From Naegleria gruberi (taxonomy: Eukaryota), in the NCBI GenBank assembly GCA_000004985.1, contig GG738873.1: DNA of 64,000 nucleotides; one strand, given 5' to 3'. Below, piece by piece: positions 1-8,956 of this stretch (the stretch's first letter is position 1; every line of letters begins with the position of its first letter). The position numbers were made by a program, and so were the translations under genes. Under the pieces are notes generated by a model, which was not told where the DNA came from, searched no databases, and was given only the letters and a program-made list of their open reading frames with translations.

Positions 1-1
1 A

Positions 2-751
2 GAATATTTCTACCTGTACGGAGGGGTGGTAAATAACACTATCTCTAATGCTATCCATAGATGCAAAACATCTGATCTGGAAAGTGGATGGGAGCTTACT
101 AGATTCAAACTTCCTTATAATGTATCAGCTGGTCAATCATTACTGGTAGATGACTTTTTCTATATTTTTGGTGGTCTTGTTAGTCTAAGTGATGACTCTG
201 ATAGCCCAAAGTTAAGTCTCAACGTTACTGACATGATTTTGAGATTCCACATCTCTAATCCCTTCACTCCTGAAATACTATCACAAAGATTACCACTAGG
301 TGTTTATAGTGGTCAAATTGCTAGAGTTAAGGATTATTTGTACATATTTGGGGGAAGAACTCAAGATCCAAATGCACCATACAGCGATATCTTGAAAGCG
401 TCCTATTTCAAACCTACCGTATTTGAAAACTCTTACTCTGTTTTGCCATACCAAGTTACAGATGGTTCGTTAATAGTTACAGAAAACTTTGTTGTTATAT
501 TTGGTGGCTTTTACAGTGGTCTTTACCCATACAATGCAGGAAGATTCAACTATGAAATTGTATCAACCCCATCTGATGAGCCTGTTGGTTCTTGGATGGT
601 GACTGATTATAAGATTCCAGGATTAATGAGGGCGACCCCTTCAATCATGGGTTCAACACTTTCTCTGTTCGGAGAGGATGTCAGAATGGTCAACACATTC
701 CCTCTCTCCAACAGAACTTTCACCATGTTTAACTGCACATTCTTGTTGTAA
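2..751 (+). CDS. Kelch-repeat beta-propeller protein, C-terminal portion; the 5' end lies outside the window
   Basis: The frame is open from position 2 (EYFYLYGGVVNNT...). The track 'M' at 26 is a GTG. Kelch blade motifs recur about every 50 aa (FYLYGG, FYIFGG, LYIFGG, VVIFGG) with W/Y-rich strands, giving at least 4 blades. Several N-x-S/T sequons are present. TAA stop at 749-751, with AATAAA shortly downstream. Confidence 0.6.
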   Translation, partial: EYFYLYGGVVNNTISNAIHRCKTSDLESGWELTRFKLPYNVSAGQSLLVDDFFYIFGGLVSLSDDSDSPKLSLNVTDMILRFHISNPFTPEILSQRLPLGVYSGQIARVKDYLYIFGGRTQDPNAPYSDILKASYFKPTVFENSYSVLPYQVTDGSLIVTENFVVIFGGFYSGLYPYNAGRFNYEIVSTPSDEPVGSWMVTDYKIPGLMRATPSIMGSTLSLFGEDVRMVNTFPLSNRTFTMFNCTFLL

Positions 752-1152
752 TAAAATTGTAAATTATTCTGTCATCAATCAATGACCTTTGTTGAACAGA
801 AAATAATTGTAATGTGATCATTTAATAGATTGAAGGTACAAAATGTTTTGTTTGGTCCTTTTCTAATTAAGGAGTAGAACTAAAACAGAAAGTGTTGATG
901 GAAAACTTTAAAACCAACAAACTCAAAGAAGAATAAAAAAAAACCAATAGTTTAATATAGAATGCTTTCTAATATGAGGGACGATGAGACCACAGAGAGA
1001 GGTGGTTTTGATGATTACCAGGAACCTTTTGACCAATTTCTTGAGAGCAGAAAAAGAAATTTGTCAGAATTATATAGAGATGTACTATAGACATCCAAGA
1101 TGAAGATCAAGTTACGGTTTCGGGATCGTCGAGAAAAATTTACTCAACACGT

Positions 1153-1398
1153 GTGTCTATTAAGAAATCTGACATTGAACTGAATTCCCTAGATGACATC
1201 AGTGACATGCCGCTACCACAACCTTTTTTTAAGCTAATAGAGAAATCCAAAATTCTATATTTGGATATTGGTACTGGTTCTTTCAAGTCTGGTAAGACAA
1301 TCACGGGTGAGTTCATACGGAGTAACTTTCATATATTTGAAAATGGTTTGCAATATTTTCCATACCAGCTACTATACCACAAGGAAAAGAAAGAATAG
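1153..1398 (+). CDS. ORF carrying an actin-fold (ASKHA/Hsp70-type) phosphate-1 motif; probable 5' exon or tandem N-terminal duplicate of the following ORF
   Basis: ILYLDIGTGSFKSGKT resembles the Hsp70 IDLGTTxS phosphate-1 loop. The track start is a GTG; the first in-frame ATG is at 1204 (MPLPQPFFKLIEKSKILYLDIGTGS). Strong donor-like GGTAAGA (1291) and GGTGAGT (1306) lie just after the motif. I could not find a phase-compatible splice to the next ORF. Confidence 0.3.
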   Translation: MSIKKSDIELNSLDDISDMPLPQPFFKLIEKSKILYLDIGTGSFKSGKTITGEFIRSNFHIFENGLQYFPYQLLYHKEKKE

Positions 1399-1975
1399 TG
1401 AAGAAGATACCGATTCACAAGGACACACTATGTACTTGGACCTAGGACACGGTACGACTGATTATACTGTCATGTCATATGATCAAAACCAAAAGAAATT
1501 CATTTTGAAAGATAGTGGTGGGTGGCCTTCTGGACTCTCATGGATTCAAAATTTGATCATGAGAGAGAAGAATTTAACTTTTCAAGAAGCCACCAAACTA
1601 CTAAATAAGCAATTCGACTCACTAGATTCCAATCCTGTTGACGGTATTGCTGATATTCAAGAAAAGATTTATAATGAGTTTGAGAAATTATTACAACCTT
1701 TGTTGTTGGTAATTTTTGAAAATTCAGTTACAAAGGTTTGCTTTGTAGGTGCTTTCATTCATTGCCAATACTTTAGAGAGATTATTAAGAAAATAATTTC
1801 ACACTCTTACATTTCCAAATTTGTAGAGGAAAGAAGAAAGTATTTCAAGGAAGAATTCAAGTTAAAGAAGTTGGAAAAGTTTTCCATCTTCTTCCCTCCA
1901 AAGGCAGGTGCTAGTTGCATCATTCAAGGCTTGATGCGTATGGTTGAGAATTCAAATGGACTCAACCACTGTTAA
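1268..1975 (+). CDS. Hsp70-like truncated ATPase (actin fold); the likely true start is the ATG at 1430
   Basis: MYLDLGHGTTDYTVMSYDQNQKKFILKDSGGWPSG parallels the Hsp70 N-terminus IDLGTTYSCVGV...DQGNRTTPS. The C-terminal part (VCFVGAFIHCQYFREIIKK...FFPPKAGASCIIQGLMRM) parallels Hsp70 LVGGSTRIP...NPDEAVAYGAAIQAAIL. The middle of the nucleotide-binding domain is absent, so this is about 180 aa instead of about 380. Confidence 0.45.
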   Translation: MVLVLSSLVRQSRVSSYGVTFIYLKMVCNIFHTSYYTTRKRKNSEEDTDSQGHTMYLDLGHGTTDYTVMSYDQNQKKFILKDSGGWPSGLSWIQNLIMREKNLTFQEATKLLNKQFDSLDSNPVDGIADIQEKIYNEFEKLLQPLLLVIFENSVTKVCFVGAFIHCQYFREIIKKIISHSYISKFVEERRKYFKEEFKLKKLEKFSIFFPPKAGASCIIQGLMRMVENSNGLNHC

Positions 1976-2227
1976 TTGAAAAAGAATCAACCAGTGACAA
2001 TTCAGTTCCAGTGATGTTACAAGAGATTGCCGAAGAGGGGCAGAAACTTGTTCTTACACCCACATGGGCCTCCTATGTTATGCACGTACTTCAAGATTTC
2101 GAAGTATTCGTCATTACATTGAGCTCTTGTATTGACCCTGAAAGCTTTGAAAATATTAATTTTGATAATTTCAAATACCTTGGAATAAACTAAGCTCCAA
2201 AGATTGGCAGCTGTCACACCCATGTTT

Positions 2228-2836
2228 GATAGAGACTCCATAAGAACAACCAAGAATAATTTTTTGGTCAATGCAGTCATTGATGCAGAAAAAGTGAGAC
2301 TCAACTTCTTCTTTTCTCATGTATCTCACTATTACATGAGTGTATTAGACATTAATAGAACTGGTAGAGTAGAACATATTCCAGTCTGTGGTATTGAACT
2401 ATTGGTATTCAAGGTTCGTGAAACTGAAACCAAGACATGGTATGGTCGTAATTATTATGTGAAAACCATTATTAGAGTGTGTTGCTCCAACCACTTAAAC
2501 AATTCACAAAATCTCATTCCACAGGAATATATTGGCATAATTTCTCCACAAAAGAAAAATGGTAAATATGTTACTGAACTTATTGGTGAGGATAAACCTG
2601 GTGATTATGATACTGTGAAAGCTCTACTGGATTCATTATGTGTTGGTTGTTCCGCAGAGCTTGAGGAAACCAACACCATTCATACAGTGTCCCCACACAC
2701 ATTACCTAAATACCGACGAGCTTTGCAAAATAATAAGCTAATTTGTGGTAATGTCTGCAACAAATGTTACTCAAAATATTGCAACTCATTTAGGACAGAT
2801 GCTTCCTTTTTAAAGAAAAAGAAGTCTAAAAAATAG
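2228..2836 (+). CDS. Hypothetical protein: Cys-rich C-terminal cluster and polybasic tail
   Basis: The track ORF starts on TTG at 2204; the first ATG is at 2228 (MFDRDS...). C-terminal motifs: CVGCSAELEE...LICGNVCNKCYSKYCNSF (C-x2-C ... C-x3-C-x2-C-x4-C) and a KKKKSKK tail. TAG stop at 2834-2836, followed by an A/T-rich 3' region with AATAAA. No recognisable family. Confidence 0.35.
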   Translation, partial: DRDSIRTTKNNFLVNAVIDAEKVRLNFFFSHVSHYYMSVLDINRTGRVEHIPVCGIELLVFKVRETETKTWYGRNYYVKTIIRVCCSNHLNNSQNLIPQEYIGIISPQKKNGKYVTELIGEDKPGDYDTVKALLDSLCVGCSAELEETNTIHTVSPHTLPKYRRALQNNKLICGNVCNKCYSKYCNSFRTDASFLKKKKSKK

Positions 2837-3324
2837 TCTTGTAAAATACTTGTAAATAATAAATTAAAATAATATATCAAATTGTTTAAAATGGTACCAT
2901 TTTTTCATTGAGGAAAGCTCGCTTCTTCTAATGAATGTTTCTCATGGAATAGATAATTATTTGGTAGATAATGGATGAATGACATGATGAAAATCTGATA
3001 ACAAATATGATGTTTATCAAATAGTACCTCTTTTAATATTCAATGTTCATCATCTTTGGATATCTTTGTTCTATTTCACCCATAATTCGCCAGCCCGCTA
3101 ACAGTTTTCACAAATCTGCCACCCATGTAATGGCACTCCATCCTTCAGGTGGATTTCTTCTCATTATTCAGTTCTTCTTTCTTGGTTCATACTTCAGGTG
3201 GTAAATCTTCTTTCTCCTCCTTTAATACTTTTTTTAACCAATAAAAACGAAAACAATGAGCAAGTACGCCCTTAATGATTGTGTTATAGTCTGTCTAACA
3301 AACCAATCAACAGAACTTTCAAAA

Positions 3325-3925
3325 ATATTTCAAAAATATTGGATCAACATCAGGTACATCATGCCTCTGTTGATTCTTGGAGTAGTTTCACATCTATTAA
3401 CTCCAAGAATTTCACCACATCATCTCATCATCATTTAAATAGTAGTATTAATAGTAATTTTTGGAATTTAATTGTTCATCATGATTTGGAAATAATTTTA
3501 TTATTCGGAAACATTCAAGTTGGTACATCATCATCGGAACAACTACCAACCATCATCATTGTTATTTATCATCATTACAATAGTAATATTTGTGGAAATA
3601 AATCTGATAATAGTAATATTTTAGTGAAATTCAATATTTTTCACTAAAATCATCATCACTACCAGATTTATATGATAATTTAGAAAACTTTCAATCTAGT
3701 ATTGTTCAGCATGGTCGATATATATTAGGTAAAATTACTTCCGAACATTTCCCTATTGGTTATCATAATGTTAGGTACATGTATATATTTCAACACCATA
3801 TCTCAACCTGTACTTCACCAACTTGAAAAATGTCTTTCATCACTACTATTCAAATACATAATAAACAATATATTTATTATCAGATTTTCCTAGTTTTGTG
3901 TTTTTACCAACTTCGGGTATTCATA
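3325..3925 (+). repeat. Direct-repeat copy A (about 600 bp, His-codon-rich CATCAT stretches); homologous to 8957-9560
   Basis: Collinear blocks are shared with copy B, for example gtttcacatct, aatagtagta(tt)aatagt, ccaaccatcatca, atttgtggaaat(a)aat, ttttcactaaa(a/t)tcatcatca, agtattgttc(a/g)g(c/a)atggtc(g/a)ata, tgtacttcaccaa, ataataaaca..atatttattat. About 70-75% identity by eye, same orientation. Confidence 0.7.
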
Positions 3926-5195
3926 GTCACCAATCATTATTCATGCCAAAAGTACACAGTCAATCTTCTTGGAACATTAATAAACTTTTATTAGTACTAT
4001 TGCAGATGTACAATATCAATTATTTCGTATTGTTTCGTTGAAATCATGAAGATCTTGATTTTTCTGTTTTTAATTAAATTTCACATCACATACACCATAT
4101 TTGTTGATAGTTACATATTCGCATTACCAAACCGAATTTATTTAGTACGCATAAATTTTATTCAATTTTATTGGTAAAATTATGCGAATTATTACGAATA
4201 AAAATACTATTTATTATTGTATTTTTAAATTAATTAACTGAAAATTATTGCCAATATTTATGGGTAATAATTCATGCAGAATGAAAATTGGTTGAGAGCA
4301 ATAAGACCTGGAAATCTGATCACACTGCACACACTATTAATCTTTGAAAGAAGAAGTGGCAACTGAGTGAATAAATAATTTGAACATAATGATTCGTAAC
4401 ACAACTCTCCAAGCACAAAAATTTCATCACAACAAACAACAGTATCCCTAATTGAGATATCTTCCCAATAAATCTATCGAATTGAATATACATTCCAACC
4501 TTAAGTGAGGATTTTCTAGCATAAAAAGTGCACAATCTTCAAAAATGTGTTGCCCAATGATAATTCGGAAATTGGCCATTTTCTTTTACAAAACAATACG
4601 GATTGAAATTTTGTAAATTGGATCAAAAGTTGAAAATAGATTCTTCTTTCTACAAAGGAGGTTTTTATTGTAAATTAAAAAGCTTTTTTCCATTTGGAAG
4701 AGTATACTTTGTTGATATTTCAATTAAATCATCCATTGCTTACTTTTAAATCTCTCTTCTTCCCAAGATTGTTCGTTTACACCTTTCCTTGCAATTCTAT
4801 TTTGTTTAGAATCTGCAATTTTAGGTAATTCAGGTAATTTCTCAACAATATCTTTCATTTCTGAATGCTCTCTCCTTTTAAATGAGTGTACACTCGCTTC
4901 AGGGCATTTAACAAGGTATTCATCAAATATTTTTGAAAATTAAGGTTGATTTTCTTTGTTTTGTATATTCTTTTTTTCAAAATATTCTTTTAGTGTTAAG
5001 CACATGTGTTTTGTGATTGCTTGATCATTCGTTCAAAATTAATCTCAAATGAAATTGCTGCAAATCCATCTTCTTGTTTGTATTCAAAATTAATCATTGC
5101 TTTTTTCCTTTCGAGTAATATGTATAGTAACAAGGAATTTCGCTAAAAGTTGATTCAGGGACCATGTATTTCAACATATCTCTAAGGAAATCGTA

Positions 5196-5580
5196 CCCAC
5201 TTTTACAAAATATCAAACACCAAATCATATCTGTGGCAATGTTTTTCCCACTTTTTTCTAGTGCTCCCTCTTTAAAAGAGGATATGCTTGGTTAAAGTCA
5301 CCACCACAAAATTCAATATTCGATATTAAGTAGTTGAGCGAAAAATCACTTTTCCCAAAAAGGTATATGATTTCATAACTCACTAATTATCTCAATTAAA
5401 ACAAAAGATTAAATATTCAAAAATGACCAGGATATAGTATACATGATATGAAACCATCCATGCAAAATTCAAGATTTATACCATGAATCAAACTACATAT
5501 TTCCTTTTAAAGAGGGTGCACTAGAAAAAAGCGGGAAGATATGGCACATCCGATTCTTTGTGAAATATTTCCGAAACTGG
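5196..5580. repeat. Foldback / MITE-like inverted repeat (about 85-bp arms, about 210-bp loop)
   Basis: The reverse complement of 5196-5285 (..catatcctcttttaaagagggagcactagaaaaaagtgggaaaaacattgccacagatatgatttggtgtttgatattttgtaaaagtgg) aligns with 5496-5580 (catatttccttttaaagagggtgcactagaaaaaagcgggaagatatggcacatccgattctttgtgaaatatttccgaaactgg) at about 80% identity. Confidence 0.5.
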
Positions 5581-6111
5581 AATTATTGAAAAGGGAGTTT
5601 CAATTGTATTAGCAATCAAATTAACTTTCCTGTCTTTTCACCTTCAAACATTGCTTTGAACAACTTACTGTAATTTTCAACAAGGAAAAAATTCATCAAG
5701 TTTGATAAAAAATAGAAAAGTTTCATCTACAATATTCTTGCATCTGCTCACACAATTCCCACCACAAACATGTTGATGGTAATATCACATCGTTGTTTCT
5801 TGTCCCTTTCTGGTTGGAGGGCCGTCAATTGCAGGAATTGTTGATTATTATTGGATGGTATTATTGTTGTTGGTTTAACACTTAGTGGAGAGGCTACAAC
5901 AAATTTAATCATCCCAAAGTGACTCTACTCTTCCAATCTATTCAAGTTTCAACATTGTGTGTTGTGGATATATTACATTATTGAGATACACACATGTATT
6001 ATTGAGATGATTAGTTGAGTGGATGATATTTCTTCAGTTAATTCTGGAATGAAGAAGGGAAAAACACTGGAAATCATTTTGGATAAAGTTATGTGATTTT
6101 AAGAGAATAGT

Positions 6112-6283
6112 AACATAGCAAGACTAGCTGGTGGAGAATTTTTAAGCTTACCATCCCAGCGCTGGGATGGTCAAAACCAGCTAGACAACATCAAAAACTC
6201 GCGACTAAAAATAATCAGCTGGTAAAAACTGACTTCGCAGATTTCAAGTAGCCAAAAAACAATTTTCCAGTCTTGCTATGTTG
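6112..6283. other. Compound nested palindrome, including a perfect 20-bp palindrome ccatcccagcgctgggatgg (6151-6170)
   Basis: Outer inverted repeat: aacatagcaagactag (6112-6127) pairs with ccagtcttgctatgtt (6268-6283), 15/16. Inner repeat: (ga)ctagctgg(tgg) pairs with ccagctag(aca). Centre: the perfect palindrome ccatcccag|cg|ctgggatgg. The region is GC-richer than its surroundings and lies about 400-550 bp upstream of the YR start. Confidence 0.4.
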
Positions 6284-6670
6284 AGGATAGGGATGAACCT
6301 TTTAATATTTGTCATAAGTGATTGAACAGTATTGTTAATTTGAGTTGATTAATTTTCCAATTAATTGTGTCAAGAGTTGATTTTTTGAAATAAGCTCTTG
6401 CAAAGTTAACATGTATATTCTAGAGAATTCCCATTGGTGGCAGTAACAAATTTTTTTGTCAATACACAAATTCAAAGTTTAAAAAATAATTGTGAAAAAG
6501 ATAAAATGTTATTTTTCTTTACTGTGCAACAGTGGCAAAACATTTCCACCACGAGTGAGGTACGAACGAGCTGGTGGATGATTTTTGCGCGATTTGTTGC
6601 GAAGTAAGAACAGCACTTTTTCTCACGAACAAATATTCCACTGATCTCTGGATATTATTCATTCAAAAAA

Positions 6671-7942
6671 ATGTCTCAAGAGGTTGATGATCTTGCCAGC
6701 GACCTGTTGCTAGAAGAGTTTGATAGTCTCACTGTAACAGGGGAGCAGTCTTTCAACTTTGTTCTTGGAGAAAATAGTATTCAAGCAGTCAAAACAAGGA
6801 AAAACTACAACAATCACAATATGGCACTCAAGGATTTTGCTCTTGAAAATCCAGATGTAAATCTGCAAGATTTACAGGTTGGTTGGTTGAAAGATTATTT
6901 TCAATTCCTCCATCAGAATAAGAAAGTAACTGGTCAAACATTATGGCAATATCACTCCAGTCTTGCAAAGCTGTATGCATGTAATTACAATCTTTCGATT
7001 AAGAATGTTGCCAATTATTCAGTTCTGTCTAGTTTCATCAAAGAATTAGAGAAAAACAGTGTAGACAGCACCGCAGGTGCTGAAGATATTCCATTAAGCA
7101 CAGTAATTGGTGTTCTCTCTCAATACCCAGAAGATGGATCAAATATTATGAAAAAGGCTTTTTTTGTATTCACCACAATAAGCTGTAAGAGATGTGATGA
7201 TGCTCATTGTTTACAATTTCATCATTTAACATTCAAAGAAGATTCAATCGATTTTGATATCTCACAAACTGCAACCAATCCAACTTCCAAAAAAACCAAG
7301 ACAGATGCCTGCACTGGTTGTATTGTCAAAAGCAATGTTCTAGAAATATGTCCCTTTAGAATTTTTAAGAAATACACTGATCAAATTGAAGACAAGAAAG
7401 GTCCTGTATTTAGGAGATGGGTTGGTAAAAAGGGTGGTGGTTATTTCGGAAAACAAGCAGTTGGTATTAACACCATGTACAGTTTCTTCCAAGATATTTT
7501 GAAAAGTGTTATTGAAGTATGTCCAGAGGACATACAAATTGAAGAAAGAACTGGTGCTAGAGCACCAGAACACCTTCGTTCCAACAAGACATCCACAAAA
7601 ATTGGTCTTGCTCGTTATACAGGACACACAGGAAGAAAAACAGCTGGTACCATCATTTCCACCATTGCTGCAATGACTGATCTTGAAAGAAAGAAATATG
7701 GTGATTGGAAGAATATGAAAACGGTTGAAACCTACAGCAACAACAATCCTGAAACCAGAAAAATTGCTAGCAAGAAGGTTGTTGATCATTTATCAGATGC
7801 TTTTAAAAGATCCAATGATGAAGAAGAAGAAAGTCAATATGCTCCTGTAGCAAAAAAGAGCAAGTCTTCCGAATCAAGCTTCAGTAATGATGGAAAGACA
7901 TTCGTCTTCAAAAACTGCTCAAATATCACAATAAACTTCTAA
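6671..7942 (+). CDS. Tyrosine recombinase (site-specific integrase, Cre/Crypton-like); intact 423 aa
   Basis: ATG start in an A-rich context, TAA stop, no interruptions. N-terminal integrase SAM-like core-binding domain (..KNYNNHNMALKDFALEN..LQVGWLKDYFQFL..TGQTLWQYHSSLAKLY). Catalytic hexad recognisable by Cre spacing: R174 (ISCKRCDD), K~210 (SKKTKTD), H319-x-x-R322 (TGHTGRKTAG), W346 (YGDWKN) and Y355 (TVETY). H to W is 27 residues and W to Y is 9, versus 26 and 9 in Cre. Confidence 0.8.
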   Translation: MSQEVDDLASDLLLEEFDSLTVTGEQSFNFVLGENSIQAVKTRKNYNNHNMALKDFALENPDVNLQDLQVGWLKDYFQFLHQNKKVTGQTLWQYHSSLAKLYACNYNLSIKNVANYSVLSSFIKELEKNSVDSTAGAEDIPLSTVIGVLSQYPEDGSNIMKKAFFVFTTISCKRCDDAHCLQFHHLTFKEDSIDFDISQTATNPTSKKTKTDACTGCIVKSNVLEICPFRIFKKYTDQIEDKKGPVFRRWVGKKGGGYFGKQAVGINTMYSFFQDILKSVIEVCPEDIQIEERTGARAPEHLRSNKTSTKIGLARYTGHTGRKTAGTIISTIAAMTDLERKKYGDWKNMKTVETYSNNNPETRKIASKKVVDHLSDAFKRSNDEEEESQYAPVAKKSKSSESSFSNDGKTFVFKNCSNITINF

Positions 7943-8956
7943 CATTTTTATTTCCAGTAAAAAGTGGTGTTATGCACTCATTTATGCCAGCACAGTTGGA
8001 ACTCGGAACAAGAAGAAATAAGCAAGGACGCTGTTATGCACTCACTGTTCGGAGAGGATTATGTTAACTCGCGAGCAGTCCATAACAGGTCCTGGAGTGA
8101 GAAAAAACAATTTAATTTAATCGTAAGTTAGATTTTAATAGCTAATAGTTTGTTTAATTTTAATGTTCAGATTGATGAAATAGTGTTGAACTGTTGCCGA
8201 GCTTATAAGAAGAAGAATTTGAAAGAATTGACGGTGTGCCGGTAAATCCTGTCTAACGGGATCCGTCAGATGTAATAAGCTGTCAAATGGGACAGTCAGC
8301 AGTAAGAGGGAGCAAGAATGGAATTAAGGGAAATACTAAAAATTCTCAATTGTAGAATAATCACTAAAATCAAAGATTACACTCTTTCTGTCTCAAATTT
8401 AAGAATGACATGATATAATTTGACTAAATTGATTAAAACACTGTTGGGGAACTACCCTTCTTTTTTAGAGAAGTTTCCTTCTCAAACAATTCAGGTAAAT
8501 AGTAAACTGTGGAAAGTTTAAATTTGATTTTTTATTGAAAATGAAAAATATGGATTAATTGATATGAGTGTGATTACTATAATGTGCAAGATGTTGAAAA
8601 AGTTGGTTATCTTTGAAATTCAATTTAAAAGTGCACTAAGAAAGCAAATGCTGAACTAGATGAGTTGATACAAATAAACGGTGAGACGGGCAACGGGATG
8701 AACGGGATTCAGGCGTTTCTTATTCTAAACGGGAGATTCTCTCCGCTTAATACTACAAGGTGGCAATTCAAATATGGAGAGAGAGCTTAGTAACATTAAT
8801 AAAATGAATGAGACATAATTACTTTTTGAATTTTCCTTTTATATTTGAAACTTTGACTCTGCTTACTTTCAATTGTTTGTTTAATATGGCTTGCTTGACT
8901 GAAGAATAAGCAATAACTAACACATCCAAACATCACCAGACTGGATTTTGAAGAAA

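Noticed and set aside
2011-2304. Short overlapping ORFs (60 aa plus strand, 95 aa minus strand) between the Hsp70-like gene and the Cys-rich ORF
   Set aside because: No motif or start-context support. Likely UTR or intergenic.
3256-3647. His-rich ORFs (60 and 122 aa) inside direct-repeat copy A
   Set aside because: Low-complexity translation of CATCAT-rich repeat DNA. The homologous copy B (8957-9560) does not keep the ORF open, so this is not conserved coding sequence.
4320-4535. 71-aa minus-strand ORF in AT-rich DNA. Also a possible about 70-codon minus-strand ORF at about 4690-4930 (MKDIVEKLPELPKIADSKQNRIARKG...)
   Set aside because: Both lie in low-complexity AT-rich sequence with no supporting signals. 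The length is compatible with chance in this base composition.
7340-7789. 149-aa minus-strand ORF
   Set aside because: Antisense shadow lying entirely inside the well-supported tyrosine recombinase CDS.
661-8060. Exact 14-mer ctgttcggagagga shared between the Kelch CDS (about 663) and the region downstream of the YR gene (about 8047)
   Set aside because: For a single 14-mer in 15 kb the chance expectation is about 0.4, and there is no extended similarity around it.
7960-8060. Short direct repeat tgttatgcactca(t/c)t twice just after the YR stop codon
   Set aside because: Only about 14 bp. It could be a terminator or UTR element but is too short to interpret, so it is noted without a call.
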